DNA from: a candidate division WOR-3 bacterium
GTDB taxonomy: Bacteria > Hydrothermota > Tepidihabitantia > B3-TA06
Assembly: GCA_016934635.1 (NCBI GenBank)
Contig: JAFGSK010000071.1
Location: forward strand, 1,294 to 65,293
Direction of reading: 5' to 3'
DNA: 64,000 nucleotides
In this document: positions 1-10,121 of the stretch, one piece after another
Position numbering within the stretch: position 1 is the stretch's first letter
Layout: every line of letters begins with the position of its first letter
Notes under the pieces: generated by a model
Seen by the model: only the letters and a program-made list of their open reading frames with translations
Told to the model about the DNA's origin: nothing
Database searches by the model: none
Position numbers and translations under genes: made by a program

Positions 1-447
1 GTCGGGAAGCGTCTGGATCGGATACCGGAAGGCAAGCGTCCCTGGTTGTTCGTTAGCGATCTATGGACGCCCTACGTCAAGGCTATCCGCAAGGCGTGCC
101 CTGATGCTGAGATAGTGGCGGACAGGTTCCACGTAATCAGGCTCCTGAATCTGGCTCTGGACAGGGTACGCAGGGCGGAGCAGAGCAGGCTGAAGGAAGG
201 CAACCGCAACAAGCTTTTCAGGGTAAAACACATCTTACTGAAGGCGCGGGAAAGGCTCGATAAAGATCAGCGAGAGCGGCTGCGCAGCGTTTTGAGGGCT
301 TATCCGCGTCCGGCCAGGGCCTACGGGCTTAAGCAGGCGTTCCGCCGCATCTATGAACGTTATACGAACAAGGAGGACTACGATAAGGCTTGTGCCGCAC
401 TGAGGGCTTGGTGCTTACTATGCTCGTGTATTGGAAAACCGGCTTGA
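1..447 (+). CDS. ISL3-family transposase, C-terminal fragment (5' partial at window edge)
   Basis: Frame 1 is open from nt 1. The translation ...SDLWTPYVKAIRKACPDAEIVADRFHVIRLLNLALDRVRRAE... resembles the conserved C-terminal region of ISL3 (DDE_Tnp_ISL3) transposases. Confidence 0.7.
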   Translation, partial: VGKRLDRIPEGKRPWLFVSDLWTPYVKAIRKACPDAEIVADRFHVIRLLNLALDRVRRAEQSRLKEGNRNKLFRVKHILLKARERLDKDQRERLRSVLRAYPRPARAYGLKQAFRRIYERYTNKEDYDKACAALRAWCLLCSCIGKPA

Positions 448-550
448 GACTGATGTAAAGTGAGGATTCAGCGAAAAGCGGTTTTCGCTGCATGAAGCGA
501 CGTTTACGTCAAACATGGTGCCTTTGGGAAAGCTTCACACTTAATGGTCA
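1..550 (+). mobile_element. Right-hand end of an ISL3-family insertion sequence (partial, continues upstream of window); boundary approximate
   Basis: Transposase ORF runs off the 5' edge of the window. A hairpin GCGAAAAGCGGTTTTCGC lies at about 467-484. A GGCTCTTGACC-like terminal sequence at about 545-555 is adjacent to the truncated kinase. Confidence 0.5.
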
Positions 551-1214
551 AGAGCCAAATATAATAACACCTGACTCGACTTCTGGATGCCCAACATAGC
601 TCCGCTCAGGATTTCGTATGCAATCACTCCCAGGGAGTAGATGTCCGCTGAAGGCGTTACCTGGCCTCCTGCAAAAAGCTCGGGTGCGGCATAAGCTATA
701 GTCGTACCTCTCACTTCAGACGTAGGACTCAAAACGAAATCCTCTGAAAAACCGAAGTCCAATAGCGCGGGCTCCCCGTTATCCTTGATCAACAGATTGG
801 CAGGCTTGATGTCTATATGAACTACACCATTGCCGTGTAATCTGGAAAGGGTGGAAGATATCTCCTGAAGTACTGTAAGAAATGTATCAATGAAATCCTT
901 ATCCTTGCGTCGCTTCGACATATACTCGGTTATCGGCTTACCTTCGATGAGGTTCATGGTGAAGTATTCACACCCCTCGTGTTCTCCGAACTCTTTGACC
1001 CTAATAATCCCGGGAACATCCAGGCGTTCGAGGATGGCGAACTCACGCTGCAGGCGGTGAGAGGGATCGGGACTTGTGGATTTCTTTAACGCAATACCTC
1101 GCCCGTACCCTCATGTATGACCGCCCATACGACGCTGTCAGAACCTTCCCCCAGTTTGCAGACCTTGGAAAAACCTGGAGGTAGATTACTCTCTATCCCA
1201 CGGTTGCTGCCCAT
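541..1214 (-). pseudogene. Ser/Thr protein kinase catalytic domain, disrupted: a 1-nt frameshift at about 1086-1100 and C-terminal truncation next to the IS end
   Basis: The upstream minus ORF (1086..1406) carries a Gly-loop KLGEGSDSVVWAV...HEGTGEV. The downstream frame continues ...ALKK, then HIDIKPANLL (catalytic loop), DFGFS and AAPELF. Joining the two frames with one inserted base restores GEVxALKK (the VAIK motif). Subdomains X-XI are missing before the stop at 541. Confidence 0.65.
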
Positions 1215-1289
1215 TTGCACAAGAATTCTAGCCGATGTAATACGAATGTCAACGTAACAATACCCCTGCAATGTTACTTTTGAGCCTAC

Positions 1290-1318
1290 TTGACATGCAC
1301 AAAAATCTTGTTTATACT
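1290..1318 (+). promoter_or_regulatory. Sigma70-like promoter, TTGACA-17-TATACT
   Basis: Perfect -35 TTGACA (1290-1295), 17-nt spacer, -10 TATACT (1313-1318). It lies upstream of the TPR gene that heads the signalling operon. Confidence 0.5.
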
Positions 1319-1511
1319 CAGTTTGAATAAGCGACAGATCGGAAAGAGTGGGAGCGGAGATGAGGGCGTGAATAAGATAAATCAATCTATTTAGCCTGGC
1401 CCTCACATTGGAGGAGGTTTGGTTTGTATCAGATAGTGGAGTACAGCGATGATAGGGGGATATAAAGTGTTGATCCGGATTCTGGATATTATATCGTATT
1501 CCCCAAGTTAA

Positions 1512-2870
1512 ATGGTAAGAGCTATGGCTGACGACAATATCAAGGATCTTGAGAAAAGACTGACAGGGCTTGATTTAGAGTCTGGAGAAAACACTACAGC
1601 CTGTGAAAAAGTGAAGGTGCTAAATGAATTGGCTTACGCCCTTTATCGTAGTGATCCCGAGAAGGCTGAAAGCTATTGCGGTCAAGGTCTTAGCTTGGCT
1701 GAGAGTCTCGGATACGAGAAAGGATGTGCGGAGAGTCAACTTATTTTGGGAATTACGTACTGGGTAAGAGGCGATTACAGCAAGGCCCTTGAATTTTATA
1801 CCGAATCTTTAAAAATTTGCGAAAAGATTGATGATAAAAAATGCGCTGCTAGTTGTTACAGTAACATTGGACTAGTTCACAAAAGTAGGGGGGATTATGA
1901 TAGGGCTTTGGAGTTCCATTATAAAGCCCTGAAAGCCAAGGAAGAAATTGATGATAAGTCGGGTATCGCGAAATGTTACAACAATATCGGGATTATTTAC
2001 GACGAGCGAAACGACTACGGTCAGGCTTTGGAATACTATATCAAGGCTTTAAATATCTTTACCGAGATAGATGATAAACAAGGAGTCGCATTTTCTTATA
2101 ACAATATTGGAATTATCTTTGAGACACGGAAGGAGTACGATCAGGCTCTTGCCTATTACCTGAAGTCTTTACGCATCAAGGAGGATATCGGAGATAAAAA
2201 CGGGATCGCAGATTCGTACGCCAACATCGGTGATATATACAGTGAGCGAGGAGATGAAAATCATGCGTTGAAGTATTATTTAAAAGCCCTGACGATATTT
2301 GAAGAGATAGACAACAAAAGGGAGATCGCCGATGTGAATAATAATATCGGATACGTATATACCTTGTTAGGGAAATACGATTCGGCTCTTACTTATCTAC
2401 TAAAGGGTTTACAAATAGCTGAGGAAATAGGAGTGAAACAGTTGGAAATAAGTAGCTGTAAGCACCTTTCTGGGTTATACGAAGCTCAGGCAGATTTCCA
2501 ACAAGCCCTTGCTTTCTTTAGGCGATACAGTGAACTTAAGGAGAAGGTTTTCAGTGAGGAGAGCGCCGAAAAGGTTGCTCAGATACAGGTGAAATATGAG
2601 ACTGAAAAGAATGAGTGGAAGGCTGAGATCTATCGTTTAAGGAACGTGGAACTCGAAGCCGAAATAGCCGAACGTAAAGAGACTGAAGATGCGTTACGCA
2701 GTAGTGTGTGTGATCTTAGCCGCTTTAATCATTTAGCGGTTAAACGGGAGCTGAGAATGATTGAACTTAAACACGAGGTCAACGAATTGCTGCGTTCTAA
2801 GGGCCTTGAGGAAAAATATAAAACCCCTATTCCTGAAGATATCGAAAGTGAAAAAGAGAATAAAAAATGA
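1512..2870 (+). CDS. Tetratricopeptide-repeat protein with C-terminal coiled coil
   Basis: About eight tandem ~40-aa TPR units (e.g. ALEFYTESLKICEKIDDKKCAASCYSNIG / ALEFHYKALKAKEEIDDKSGIAKCYNNIG). C-terminal heptad-rich segment. Stop overlaps the next start (ATGA). Confidence 0.8.
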   Translation: MVRAMADDNIKDLEKRLTGLDLESGENTTACEKVKVLNELAYALYRSDPEKAESYCGQGLSLAESLGYEKGCAESQLILGITYWVRGDYSKALEFYTESLKICEKIDDKKCAASCYSNIGLVHKSRGDYDRALEFHYKALKAKEEIDDKSGIAKCYNNIGIIYDERNDYGQALEYYIKALNIFTEIDDKQGVAFSYNNIGIIFETRKEYDQALAYYLKSLRIKEDIGDKNGIADSYANIGDIYSERGDENHALKYYLKALTIFEEIDNKREIADVNNNIGYVYTLLGKYDSALTYLLKGLQIAEEIGVKQLEISSCKHLSGLYEAQADFQQALAFFRRYSELKEKVFSEESAEKVAQIQVKYETEKNEWKAEIYRLRNVELEAEIAERKETEDALRSSVCDLSRFNHLAVKRELRMIELKHEVNELLRSKGLEEKYKTPIPEDIESEKENKK

Positions 2871-3247
2871 GATGGAACGAAAAAGAAATCTTGATAGGTA
2901 AGAATAAAATGCAAATTATAGAAGGTAACATAGTTCACATTACAGCGATTGGAGATATTGATGAAGAACTTACTAAAGAAATAATGAAACTCTATGAGGA
3001 GTTGATGGAAAGAATGGAGCAAGTAAAGATGCTTTTTGATCTCAATAGAGCGGGTAAGGTTTCACCACAGGCAAGAAAATTATTTACGGAATTGGCTAGG
3101 GATAAAAGGATTCTGAAGGTTGCTTCATTCGGCTTGCATCCTGTGGCAAGGGTAATTGCGACCTTCGGTATGGGTTCAGTGTACGGAAAAGGATTCGCAC
3201 GGTTCTTTAAAACCGAGGAGGAGGCGGTTGCATGGCTGAAAGAGTGA
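2867..3247 (+). CDS. STAS/SpoIIAA-like (DUF3478-type) small protein
   Basis: 126 aa. Pattern I.EGNIVHITAIGDID...LFDL...KVSPQARKLF...KVASFGLHP...FFKTEEEAVAWL is typical of SpoIIAA-like proteins encoded next to sensor kinases. Translationally coupled to the upstream TPR gene. Confidence 0.45.
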   Translation: MRWNEKEILIGKNKMQIIEGNIVHITAIGDIDEELTKEIMKLYEELMERMEQVKMLFDLNRAGKVSPQARKLFTELARDKRILKVASFGLHPVARVIATFGMGSVYGKGFARFFKTEEEAVAWLKE

Positions 3248-3273
3248 TCACAAAGGATTGATAAGATCGAAAG

Positions 3274-4743
3274 ATGGATGAGAAAGAACGTATATCTGAG
3301 ATGATTGATACTATCAGGAAGCTGGCACAGGGGGATTATTCTGCACAGGTTAAGCTTACTGGCAAGAACGATGAACTTGATGCTTTGGGTATGGGTTTGA
3401 ATATGATGATTGACGATATTAGATGCAATACCAAGGAGTTGAATGAAGCTCACCGCGCCTCACTTAATATTATGGAGGATTTAGAAAGGGAGAGGAAGGA
3501 ATTACGCGCTTTAACGCAACAACTTCAAGCCGAAATAACCGAGCGTAAACTGGCCGAAAAAAAAGAGAAAGAGTATATAAAAAATCTCAAGTTTTTATAC
3601 GATGCCGCCCTGGAGTTTGTTGAACTGGTACCTTTCAAGGCGCTATTCAAATACATTGGGGAAAAACTTTACCAGTTAATAGGATCGGTCATGGTAATAA
3701 CAGTTTCCTATGACGAAGATACCGGAAAATTTACAGCGCGGAGTGTTTCAGGGGCGAGTAGTAAAACCGAGGTTGTACTTAAATTCTTTAGCAAAAATCC
3801 GGTAGACCTAGAGTTTACAATACCACCTGTGGCTCAAGCTCAGCTGCATAGGGGTAAATTACAGAAGGTTCCGAACATTCTTGAAAAGGTCACCGATGTC
3901 AAAATTTCTGCGGAAATGGAAGCGGAACTGAAAAAAGATGTCGGTCTTGGAAACGTATATACAATGGGCCTTGCAAGAGGAGAAAGTCTGTTCGGATTTG
4001 TAATTGTGTTCATGCATGAAGGTGTCGAATTGATTAATAAAAGTGTTGTGGAGACATTTATCAATCAAGCGTCAATTGCACTGCAACGCGGCAAGATTGA
4101 GAAAGAACTAACCGCATCTCTTACAGAAAAGGAATTGCTTTTAAAGGAGATTCACCACCGGGTAAAAAATAACCTGCAAGTAATATCTTCCCTATTAAAC
4201 CTTCAAGCAAGATACGTAAATGATGAAGTGATGTTGAAGGTTTTTGCAAACAGTCAGAGCCGGATTGATTCTATGGCCCTTATTCACGAAAGGCTGTATA
4301 AATCCAAAGACCTGGCAAGGGTGAATTTTGAAGGTTACTTAAAGAGCCTTGTCCGTTCGCTATTTGAGTCCCACAATATCAGTTCCAGTAATGTTTCGTT
4401 AAAGTTGGATGTAAGTGGTGTTTCGTTGAGTATTGACAAAGCCATTCCTTTGGGGTTGATTATAAATGAATTGATAAGTAACTCGTTTGAGCACGGATTT
4501 CCTGAAGGCAGGAAAGGTGAGATAAGGATCTATTTAAGGAAGGCGGAAGATCGGGTTATGCTGACCGTTGCCGATAACGGCGTTGGTTTTCCTGAGGATC
4601 ATGATTTGAAATCGACGGATTCGTTCGGATTACGATTGATCAATATGCTGGTAGACCAGTTGAAGGGGAAGATAGAGCTTTGCAAGACCGATGGATCGAA
4701 ATTTAATATATCCTTCTCAGCTAGTAATAAGGATAACGACTAA
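3274..4743 (+). CDS. Cytoplasmic sensor histidine kinase, HisKA_2/HWE-type (HAMP-like segment, coiled coil, sensor module, HisKA_2, HATPase_c)
   Basis: [22 protein letters not shown]-box typical of HisKA_2. HATPase_c with DNGVGFP and GLRLI motifs. No TM segments. Confidence 0.85.
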   Translation: MDEKERISEMIDTIRKLAQGDYSAQVKLTGKNDELDALGMGLNMMIDDIRCNTKELNEAHRASLNIMEDLERERKELRALTQQLQAEITERKLAEKKEKEYIKNLKFLYDAALEFVELVPFKALFKYIGEKLYQLIGSVMVITVSYDEDTGKFTARSVSGASSKTEVVLKFFSKNPVDLEFTIPPVAQAQLHRGKLQKVPNILEKVTDVKISAEMEAELKKDVGLGNVYTMGLARGESLFGFVIVFMHEGVELINKSVVETFINQASIALQRGKIEKELTASLTEKELLLKEIHHRVKNNLQVISSLLNLQARYVNDEVMLKVFANSQSRIDSMALIHERLYKSKDLARVNFEGYLKSLVRSLFESHNISSSNVSLKLDVSGVSLSIDKAIPLGLIINELISNSFEHGFPEGRKGEIRIYLRKAEDRVMLTVADNGVGFPEDHDLKSTDSFGLRLINMLVDQLKGKIELCKTDGSKFNISFSASNKDND

Positions 4744-7700
4744 TGTCAACTACTAAGATACTTATCGTTGAAGACGAAAAAATCGTCGCTATTGATCTCA
4801 GGGATCAACTCGAAGCTTTAAGTTATAAGGTTATCGGCATCGTCTCTTCCGGGGAGGAGGCCATAATAAAAGCGAGCCAGATACATCCTGATATTGTTAT
4901 TATGGATATTAAACTGGAGGGTCAGATGGACGGTATCGATGCCGCAGAAAAGATGCGCAACGAACTTGACATTCCAGTAGTATATCTTACTGCATACGCT
5001 GACGAGATTATCTTGGAGCGAGCCAAGGCTACGGAACCGTTCGGTTACATCCTTAAGCCATTTAAGCAGAGGACTCTCCAGGTGGCTATTGAGACCGCTC
5101 TGTACAAGCATAAGACAGAGCAGAGGTTAAAGGCAAGCGAGGAAAGTTTCAGGCAGATAGCTGAGAATATTCGGGAGGTTTTCTGGCTTACTGATTGGAC
5201 TGAAAACAAGGTCCTTTATGTGAGTCCTGCGTACGAGGAGGTTTGGGGACATTCATGCGAGAGTCTTATTGAGAAGCCAGGGAGTTGGGCTGAGGATATC
5301 CATCCTTCCGATCGTGATCGTGTATTTGAAGCTTTCAGAACCCTGGCGCCTATTGGACGCTACGATGAAACCTACCGGATCATCAGGTCAGACGGAAGCG
5401 TGCGCTGGATCCACGACAGGGCGTTTCCCATTCACGATAGGAACGGTAATGTGTGGCGCGTTGCCGGAATATCAGAAGATATTACCAAAGAAAAAGAAGC
5501 GGAGGAAATACTACGAAGGGCGCGTGATGAACTTGAGGCGCGTGTCAAGGATCGTACTGCGGAACTGCGAGAAGAAGTACTGGAACGCAAGCGTGCCGAG
5601 GAGGAGGTGAAGCGGCGGGCCGAGAATCTCGAAGCTGTCAACCAGTTGGTAATTGAATTATCCTCTGCCCCGTCAAATGTGGATTTACTGGAATTGATTA
5701 ACAGGAAGCTAAGGGAGATTACCGGGGCATTGGCTACCGGAATCACCGTCTACGATCCTGAAAGCCAGGAACTTGTCCTGAAACATCTTGCCGCACCTGG
5801 TGAGATTCTCCAGAAAGCGGCGAAGATCATAGATAAAAAGCTCGCTGGTATGCGTTTCCCGGTATCCGGGGATTTCCTTGAACGGATGAAGAGAGAGGTT
5901 GTAGCATCATTTGAGGATCCCTCCGAGCTTTCGCTGGGACAAATACCCAAACCTGTTGCCAGGACCATACAACACACATTCGGGATAGGCGAGGTAACCG
6001 GCTTCGCTCTGCATTACGACGGAAAGGTGGTTGGCGCTGCAGGGATTTTTATGCCTCAGGGAAAGCCGCCTTTGTCAAAAGATCTCCTGCATATCTTTGC
6101 GAACGTGGTTTCGGTTACGCTGCAGCGTAAGCGTGCCGAGGAGGAAGTTAAGCTCAGGGCCGAGTATTCCAATGCCGTAAATGAGTTTGCGATCGAGTTG
6201 GCAGCCGCTTCTTCGGATGTGAACCTTTACGAATTGATTGGCGAGAAGTTAAAGAAGATCACGGCTGCGTTGTCTACCGTTGTTACATCCTATGATAGCC
6301 AAACCGGTGAACTATCCATAAGGTATCTAGGGGTTCCAGAGGACGACCTGCTGCAGATTAATAGGCTTCTCAAGCGTCGGGCAGAAGGGATGCGGTTCCA
6401 GGTTGATGAGAAGATGTTTGAGAAGATGATTACCGAAGTGGTAGCCACGTTCACAGACCTTTCGGAGTTGACCTTCGGTGAGATCCCGAAGCCTGTTGCT
6501 TCCGTTATCCAGAAAACGTTTGGTGTGGGTGAGATAGCGGGATTTGTCTTACATCACAGGGGTGATATTATGGGTTCGGCAGCGATATTTATGCCCAAGG
6601 ATTCCCGTGGGCTGCCTCGCAATGAAATGCACATTATTGCGAATCTCTGTGCGTTAGCCCTGCGGCGAAAACAGGTTGAGGAAAAAGAACACATTCACAT
6701 CCGTAACCTGTCATTCCTGTCAAAGAGTGCAACGGAATTCGTGGCTCTTGTTGAAGATGCGGATGTTTTCGGCTACATCGCAGAACGACTCACCGAACTC
6801 GTGGAAGGCGGAATTGTGGTTTTGGTTTCGTACGATGAACACACTGATAAGTTTAGGGGTGAAAAGGTTCTTGGCTTAGGGGAAAAAACAGAGCAAGTAC
6901 TCAAGATCTTTGGGAAAACCTTAGTCGGAATATCCACTCAAGTAAGCGCTGAGACCAAATCGCGTCTACTCAGCGGTGAGTTGAAGGAATTTCCAGAAAC
7001 CCTTTATGAGATAACAGCAGGTGGGATTCCAGAGGGGGTAAGCAAGGCGCTTGAGAAGGTCATTAGTCCTGGCGCTAAATACTCGATGGGTTTTGTTCAG
7101 CAGGATAGATTGTTAGGTGCGGCTATTGTCGTATTACGCAATGCACTCAAGCTGCGAAACCCGGATACCGTAGAGGCGTTTATTAACCAGGCATCGGTTG
7201 CCTTGCAGCGTAAGAATGCCGAACAAGCGCTGCGTCAATCCGAAGAGCGGTTTCGACGCTTTGCCGGTACCGTCACTGACATGATTTACCGGTACGACAC
7301 CAGACGCTCCGATTACGATTTTATCTCGCCTTCCTGCGAATTGCTGACCGGATACAGTGTTGGAGCCTTCAGGTCTGATCCTGAACACTTCTGGGAAAGT
7401 CTTATCCATCCTGATGATTTTAAAAGGGTGCGAGAGGAAAGAAGACATCAGCTGAGTCAAGAGTCAGGTACATCGTTCAATCTCGATTTCCGCATAATTA
7501 GAAAAGACCGCAGGATGATCTTTGTTAACGAACGTGGGGATTTTGAGGTTGACTTAAATGGACGGATTACGAGCTTTAACGGGGTGGTTCGTGATATAAC
7601 CGAGCAAAAAGTTGCAGAGCAGCAGCTCAAGCGGAGGGCGGAAACAAGCACCGTTCTTGCCGCCCTGACCACTGAACTTTACAGCGCCGAATCCGTTCAG

Positions 7701-10121
7701 GAGGTCCTGGATGTAACAATAAAGCATCTTTCCCAGGTATTCGGCTTCTTTGTCAGTGTTAATTTGATAGACAAGAAAGGAACCAGACCAGTCCTCGCTC
7801 TTAAGGCCTATCATGTTGAATCCAGGATTCTCGGACTAGCTGAAAAATTACTCGGGAGAAGGATACTCGACTGGCCGATTCCACTCTACGAAGACACCGT
7901 AATATCGAGGACAATGCGAACCGGACACCCGACGGTTATTGGTCTGGACTTTGTTCCGGATGAGCCGGTTGTAGAAACCAGTATCAAGAGTATGCTGGAG
8001 TCAATGATTGAAGCTCACAGCCCGTTACTTCCAATAGCCAGGAAAATAGCCGAGCAGGCGGGGGACAAATCGCTGTTGGGGATCCCTTTTTCCAACGCCT
8101 CGGGTGAAATAATCGGTTCTTTAACGGTGGTGGCTGATTTCCGGTTCACCAGGGATGACTACAACCTTGTCAAGGTGACTTCGGATATCATCGGTCGAGC
8201 CATCGGACAGCTGATGCTGACCGAGGAATTGCAGGAATCGGAGGAACGCTACCGGAGCTTGCAGGCCAACGTTCCTGTTGGAATCTTCAGAACGACCCCG
8301 GAGGGGGATTTGCTTTCAGCTAATCCTGCGATGCTCAGGATGCTGGGTTATGCCTCGAAGGAGGAGTTCAAACCGGTACCGTTGGAAGATGTGTATGTTA
8401 ATCCCGAACAACGGGAGGAATTTGCAAAGCTAATGGAACAGGAGGATTCGGTAACAGGTTTTGAGGTTCAGCTTAGGCATAAGGACGGTTCGACTTTCTG
8501 GGCATCAATGAATGCTACTGCTATCAAAGACGAGAAGGGAAAGATACTTTACTTCGATGGAATCCTGGAAGATATTACCGAACGCAAGCAAGCTGAGGAT
8601 TCTCTTATGCGAGAACGCCAGGCTTTTTCCATCATTGCAGAAGCTGCGATTCACGCTAAAGGGATTCAGGATCTTTGTTATCGCGTTTTGTCTGGCCTGG
8701 TCAAGACTTTGGATTTCGATGTGGGCACTGTTCAACTGTACGATCCTGTCGATCGAACACTTACCCTGAAAGCGATGTCAGGGACTTGGGGTGACAAGAT
8801 ATACGATTACGATCCTCCACAGCATATAGACGATCCTGAATACGTGGGTGCAGTCGTAGCAAGGTCTCGTAATCCTATCTTTGCTCCTGACGTGACACAA
8901 CATCAGATCTATGATACCCATAAACAGAGGCTTGAGGAGAATCATATTCGAGCGCTCATTACATGGCCGATTCTAGGATCGAACGATGAACTCTTAGGGA
9001 TTATGCACCTTATGGATGAGAACACGAGGGAGATTCCTGAAAAAGATCGCGTTTTTTTCGAGACAGTAACAGATATGTTTGCCACTGTCCTTGAACGAAA
9101 GCAGGCTGAAGAGGAGTTGAGGATAAAAGACATTGCAATCCAAAGTTCTATTAGTGGTATTGCGCTTATGGATATTGACGGTAAACTTACCTATGTCAAC
9201 GATTCATGTCTTGCGATGTGGGGATATGAGGATACAAAAGAGGTTTTAGGTAAGCCTGGTGGAAAGTATTATAAAAATAAGCGAGATGTGGTTAAGATAA
9301 TGAAGTCTTTAAGGGATGAAGGTAGCTGGATAGGAGAAGCCGAAGGCTTGAGAAAAGACGGGGTAAGCTTTCCCGTCCATCTGGCCATAAGTCTTGTGAA
9401 GAATGAAACCGGTAAGCCTTTGTTTACGATGGCTTCGTTCGTTGATGTTACAGAACGTAGGCAAGCCGAAGATCGGATTAAGGCGGCTCTTAAAGAAAAA
9501 GAGGTTCTTCTCAAAGAGATTCACCACAGGGTGAAGAATAACTTGCAGGTAATCTCATCCCTACTAAATTTACAGGCAGAGCATATTACAGACGAAGAAA
9601 CATTAAAAGTTTTCACGGAGAGTCAGAGTAGGGTTCGCTCAATCGGCCTGATTCACGAAAAGCTGTATCAATCCCCTGATTTGGCTCACATCAATCTTGC
9701 CGAATACATCCGGGGTCTTGGTGATTATTTGTTAAGTATCTATAGGGTTAATACCAGTTTTGTCAGACTCAACATGGAAATGGATGACATATTAATCGAG
9801 TTGGATAAGGCGATCCCGTGTGCATTAATAGTTAACGAGTTCGTCTCCAATGCTCTGAAGTACGCCTTTCCACATACAAGGAAAGGTATGGTTCGTATCA
9901 GGTTGCACAGAGATGAGGATGACGTAGTTATGGTCGTTTCAGATAATGGTGTAGGTATGCCTCCTGATGTAGATTTTCGTAAGACAGAATCGTTGGGGTT
10001 GCAACTGGTTGGGATATTGGTCGATCAACTTGAAGGCAGCGTTGAGCTTGAACGGAAAGAAGGAACGATATTTACGGTAAGATTCCCCTTGGGAAATTCA
10101 GGGAGAAAGGCAGATGTCTAA
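4743..10121 (+). CDS. Giant multi-sensor hybrid histidine kinase: N-terminal REC, multiple PAS and GAF-like modules, C-terminal HisKA_2 + HATPase_c
   Basis: REC with D and K (IVIMDIKL, ILKPF). PAS modules (e.g. 5130-5500, 7240-7610, 8221-8600, 9110-9470). GAF-like modules. C-terminal [21 protein letters not shown] plus DNGVGMP/GLQLV ATPase motifs. Start overlaps the upstream stop (TAATG). Confidence 0.85.
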   Translation: MSTTKILIVEDEKIVAIDLRDQLEALSYKVIGIVSSGEEAIIKASQIHPDIVIMDIKLEGQMDGIDAAEKMRNELDIPVVYLTAYADEIILERAKATEPFGYILKPFKQRTLQVAIETALYKHKTEQRLKASEESFRQIAENIREVFWLTDWTENKVLYVSPAYEEVWGHSCESLIEKPGSWAEDIHPSDRDRVFEAFRTLAPIGRYDETYRIIRSDGSVRWIHDRAFPIHDRNGNVWRVAGISEDITKEKEAEEILRRARDELEARVKDRTAELREEVLERKRAEEEVKRRAENLEAVNQLVIELSSAPSNVDLLELINRKLREITGALATGITVYDPESQELVLKHLAAPGEILQKAAKIIDKKLAGMRFPVSGDFLERMKREVVASFEDPSELSLGQIPKPVARTIQHTFGIGEVTGFALHYDGKVVGAAGIFMPQGKPPLSKDLLHIFANVVSVTLQRKRAEEEVKLRAEYSNAVNEFAIELAAASSDVNLYELIGEKLKKITAALSTVVTSYDSQTGELSIRYLGVPEDDLLQINRLLKRRAEGMRFQVDEKMFEKMITEVVATFTDLSELTFGEIPKPVASVIQKTFGVGEIAGFVLHHRGDIMGSAAIFMPKDSRGLPRNEMHIIANLCALALRRKQVEEKEHIHIRNLSFLSKSATEFVALVEDADVFGYIAERLTELVEGGIVVLVSYDEHTDKFRGEKVLGLGEKTEQVLKIFGKTLVGISTQVSAETKSRLLSGELKEFPETLYEITAGGIPEGVSKALEKVISPGAKYSMGFVQQDRLLGAAIVVLRNALKLRNPDTVEAFINQASVALQRKNAEQALRQSEERFRRFAGTVTDMIYRYDTRRSDYDFISPSCELLTGYSVGAFRSDPEHFWESLIHPDDFKRVREERRHQLSQESGTSFNLDFRIIRKDRRMIFVNERGDFEVDLNGRITSFNGVVRDITEQKVAEQQLKRRAETSTVLAALTTELYSAESVQEVLDVTIKHLSQVFGFFVSVNLIDKKGTRPVLALKAYHVESRILGLAEKLLGRRILDWPIPLYEDTVISRTMRTGHPTVIGLDFVPDEPVVETSIKSMLESMIEAHSPLLPIARKIAEQAGDKSLLGIPFSNASGEIIGSLTVVADFRFTRDDYNLVKVTSDIIGRAIGQLMLTEELQESEERYRSLQANVPVGIFRTTPEGDLLSANPAMLRMLGYASKEEFKPVPLEDVYVNPEQREEFAKLMEQEDSVTGFEVQLRHKDGSTFWASMNATAIKDEKGKILYFDGILEDITERKQAEDSLMRERQAFSIIAEAAIHAKGIQDLCYRVLSGLVKTLDFDVGTVQLYDPVDRTLTLKAMSGTWGDKIYDYDPPQHIDDPEYVGAVVARSRNPIFAPDVTQHQIYDTHKQRLEENHIRALITWPILGSNDELLGIMHLMDENTREIPEKDRVFFETVTDMFATVLERKQAEEELRIKDIAIQSSISGIALMDIDGKLTYVNDSCLAMWGYEDTKEVLGKPGGKYYKNKRDVVKIMKSLRDEGSWIGEAEGLRKDGVSFPVHLAISLVKNETGKPLFTMASFVDVTERRQAEDRIKAALKEKEVLLKEIHHRVKNNLQVISSLLNLQAEHITDEETLKVFTESQSRVRSIGLIHEKLYQSPDLAHINLAEYIRGLGDYLLSIYRVNTSFVRLNMEMDDILIELDKAIPCALIVNEFVSNALKYAFPHTRKGMVRIRLHRDEDDVVMVVSDNGVGMPPDVDFRKTESLGLQLVGILVDQLEGSVELERKEGTIFTVRFPLGNSGRKADV

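Noticed and set aside
1086-1406. 106-aa minus-strand ORF as an independent gene
   Set aside because: Its C-terminal third is the N-terminal Gly-loop of the frameshifted kinase. Its N-terminal two-thirds overlaps a consensus plus-strand promoter and shows no protein-like features. It is treated as part of the kinase pseudogene plus read-through.
5432-5977. Antisense ORFs inside the giant kinase genes (e.g. 5432..5746 -, 5750..5977 -, 11907..12335 -, 11437..11844 -)
   Set aside because: They lie entirely within strongly supported sense-strand domain-coding sequence and have Ser/Arg-rich, low-complexity translations typical of antisense frames.
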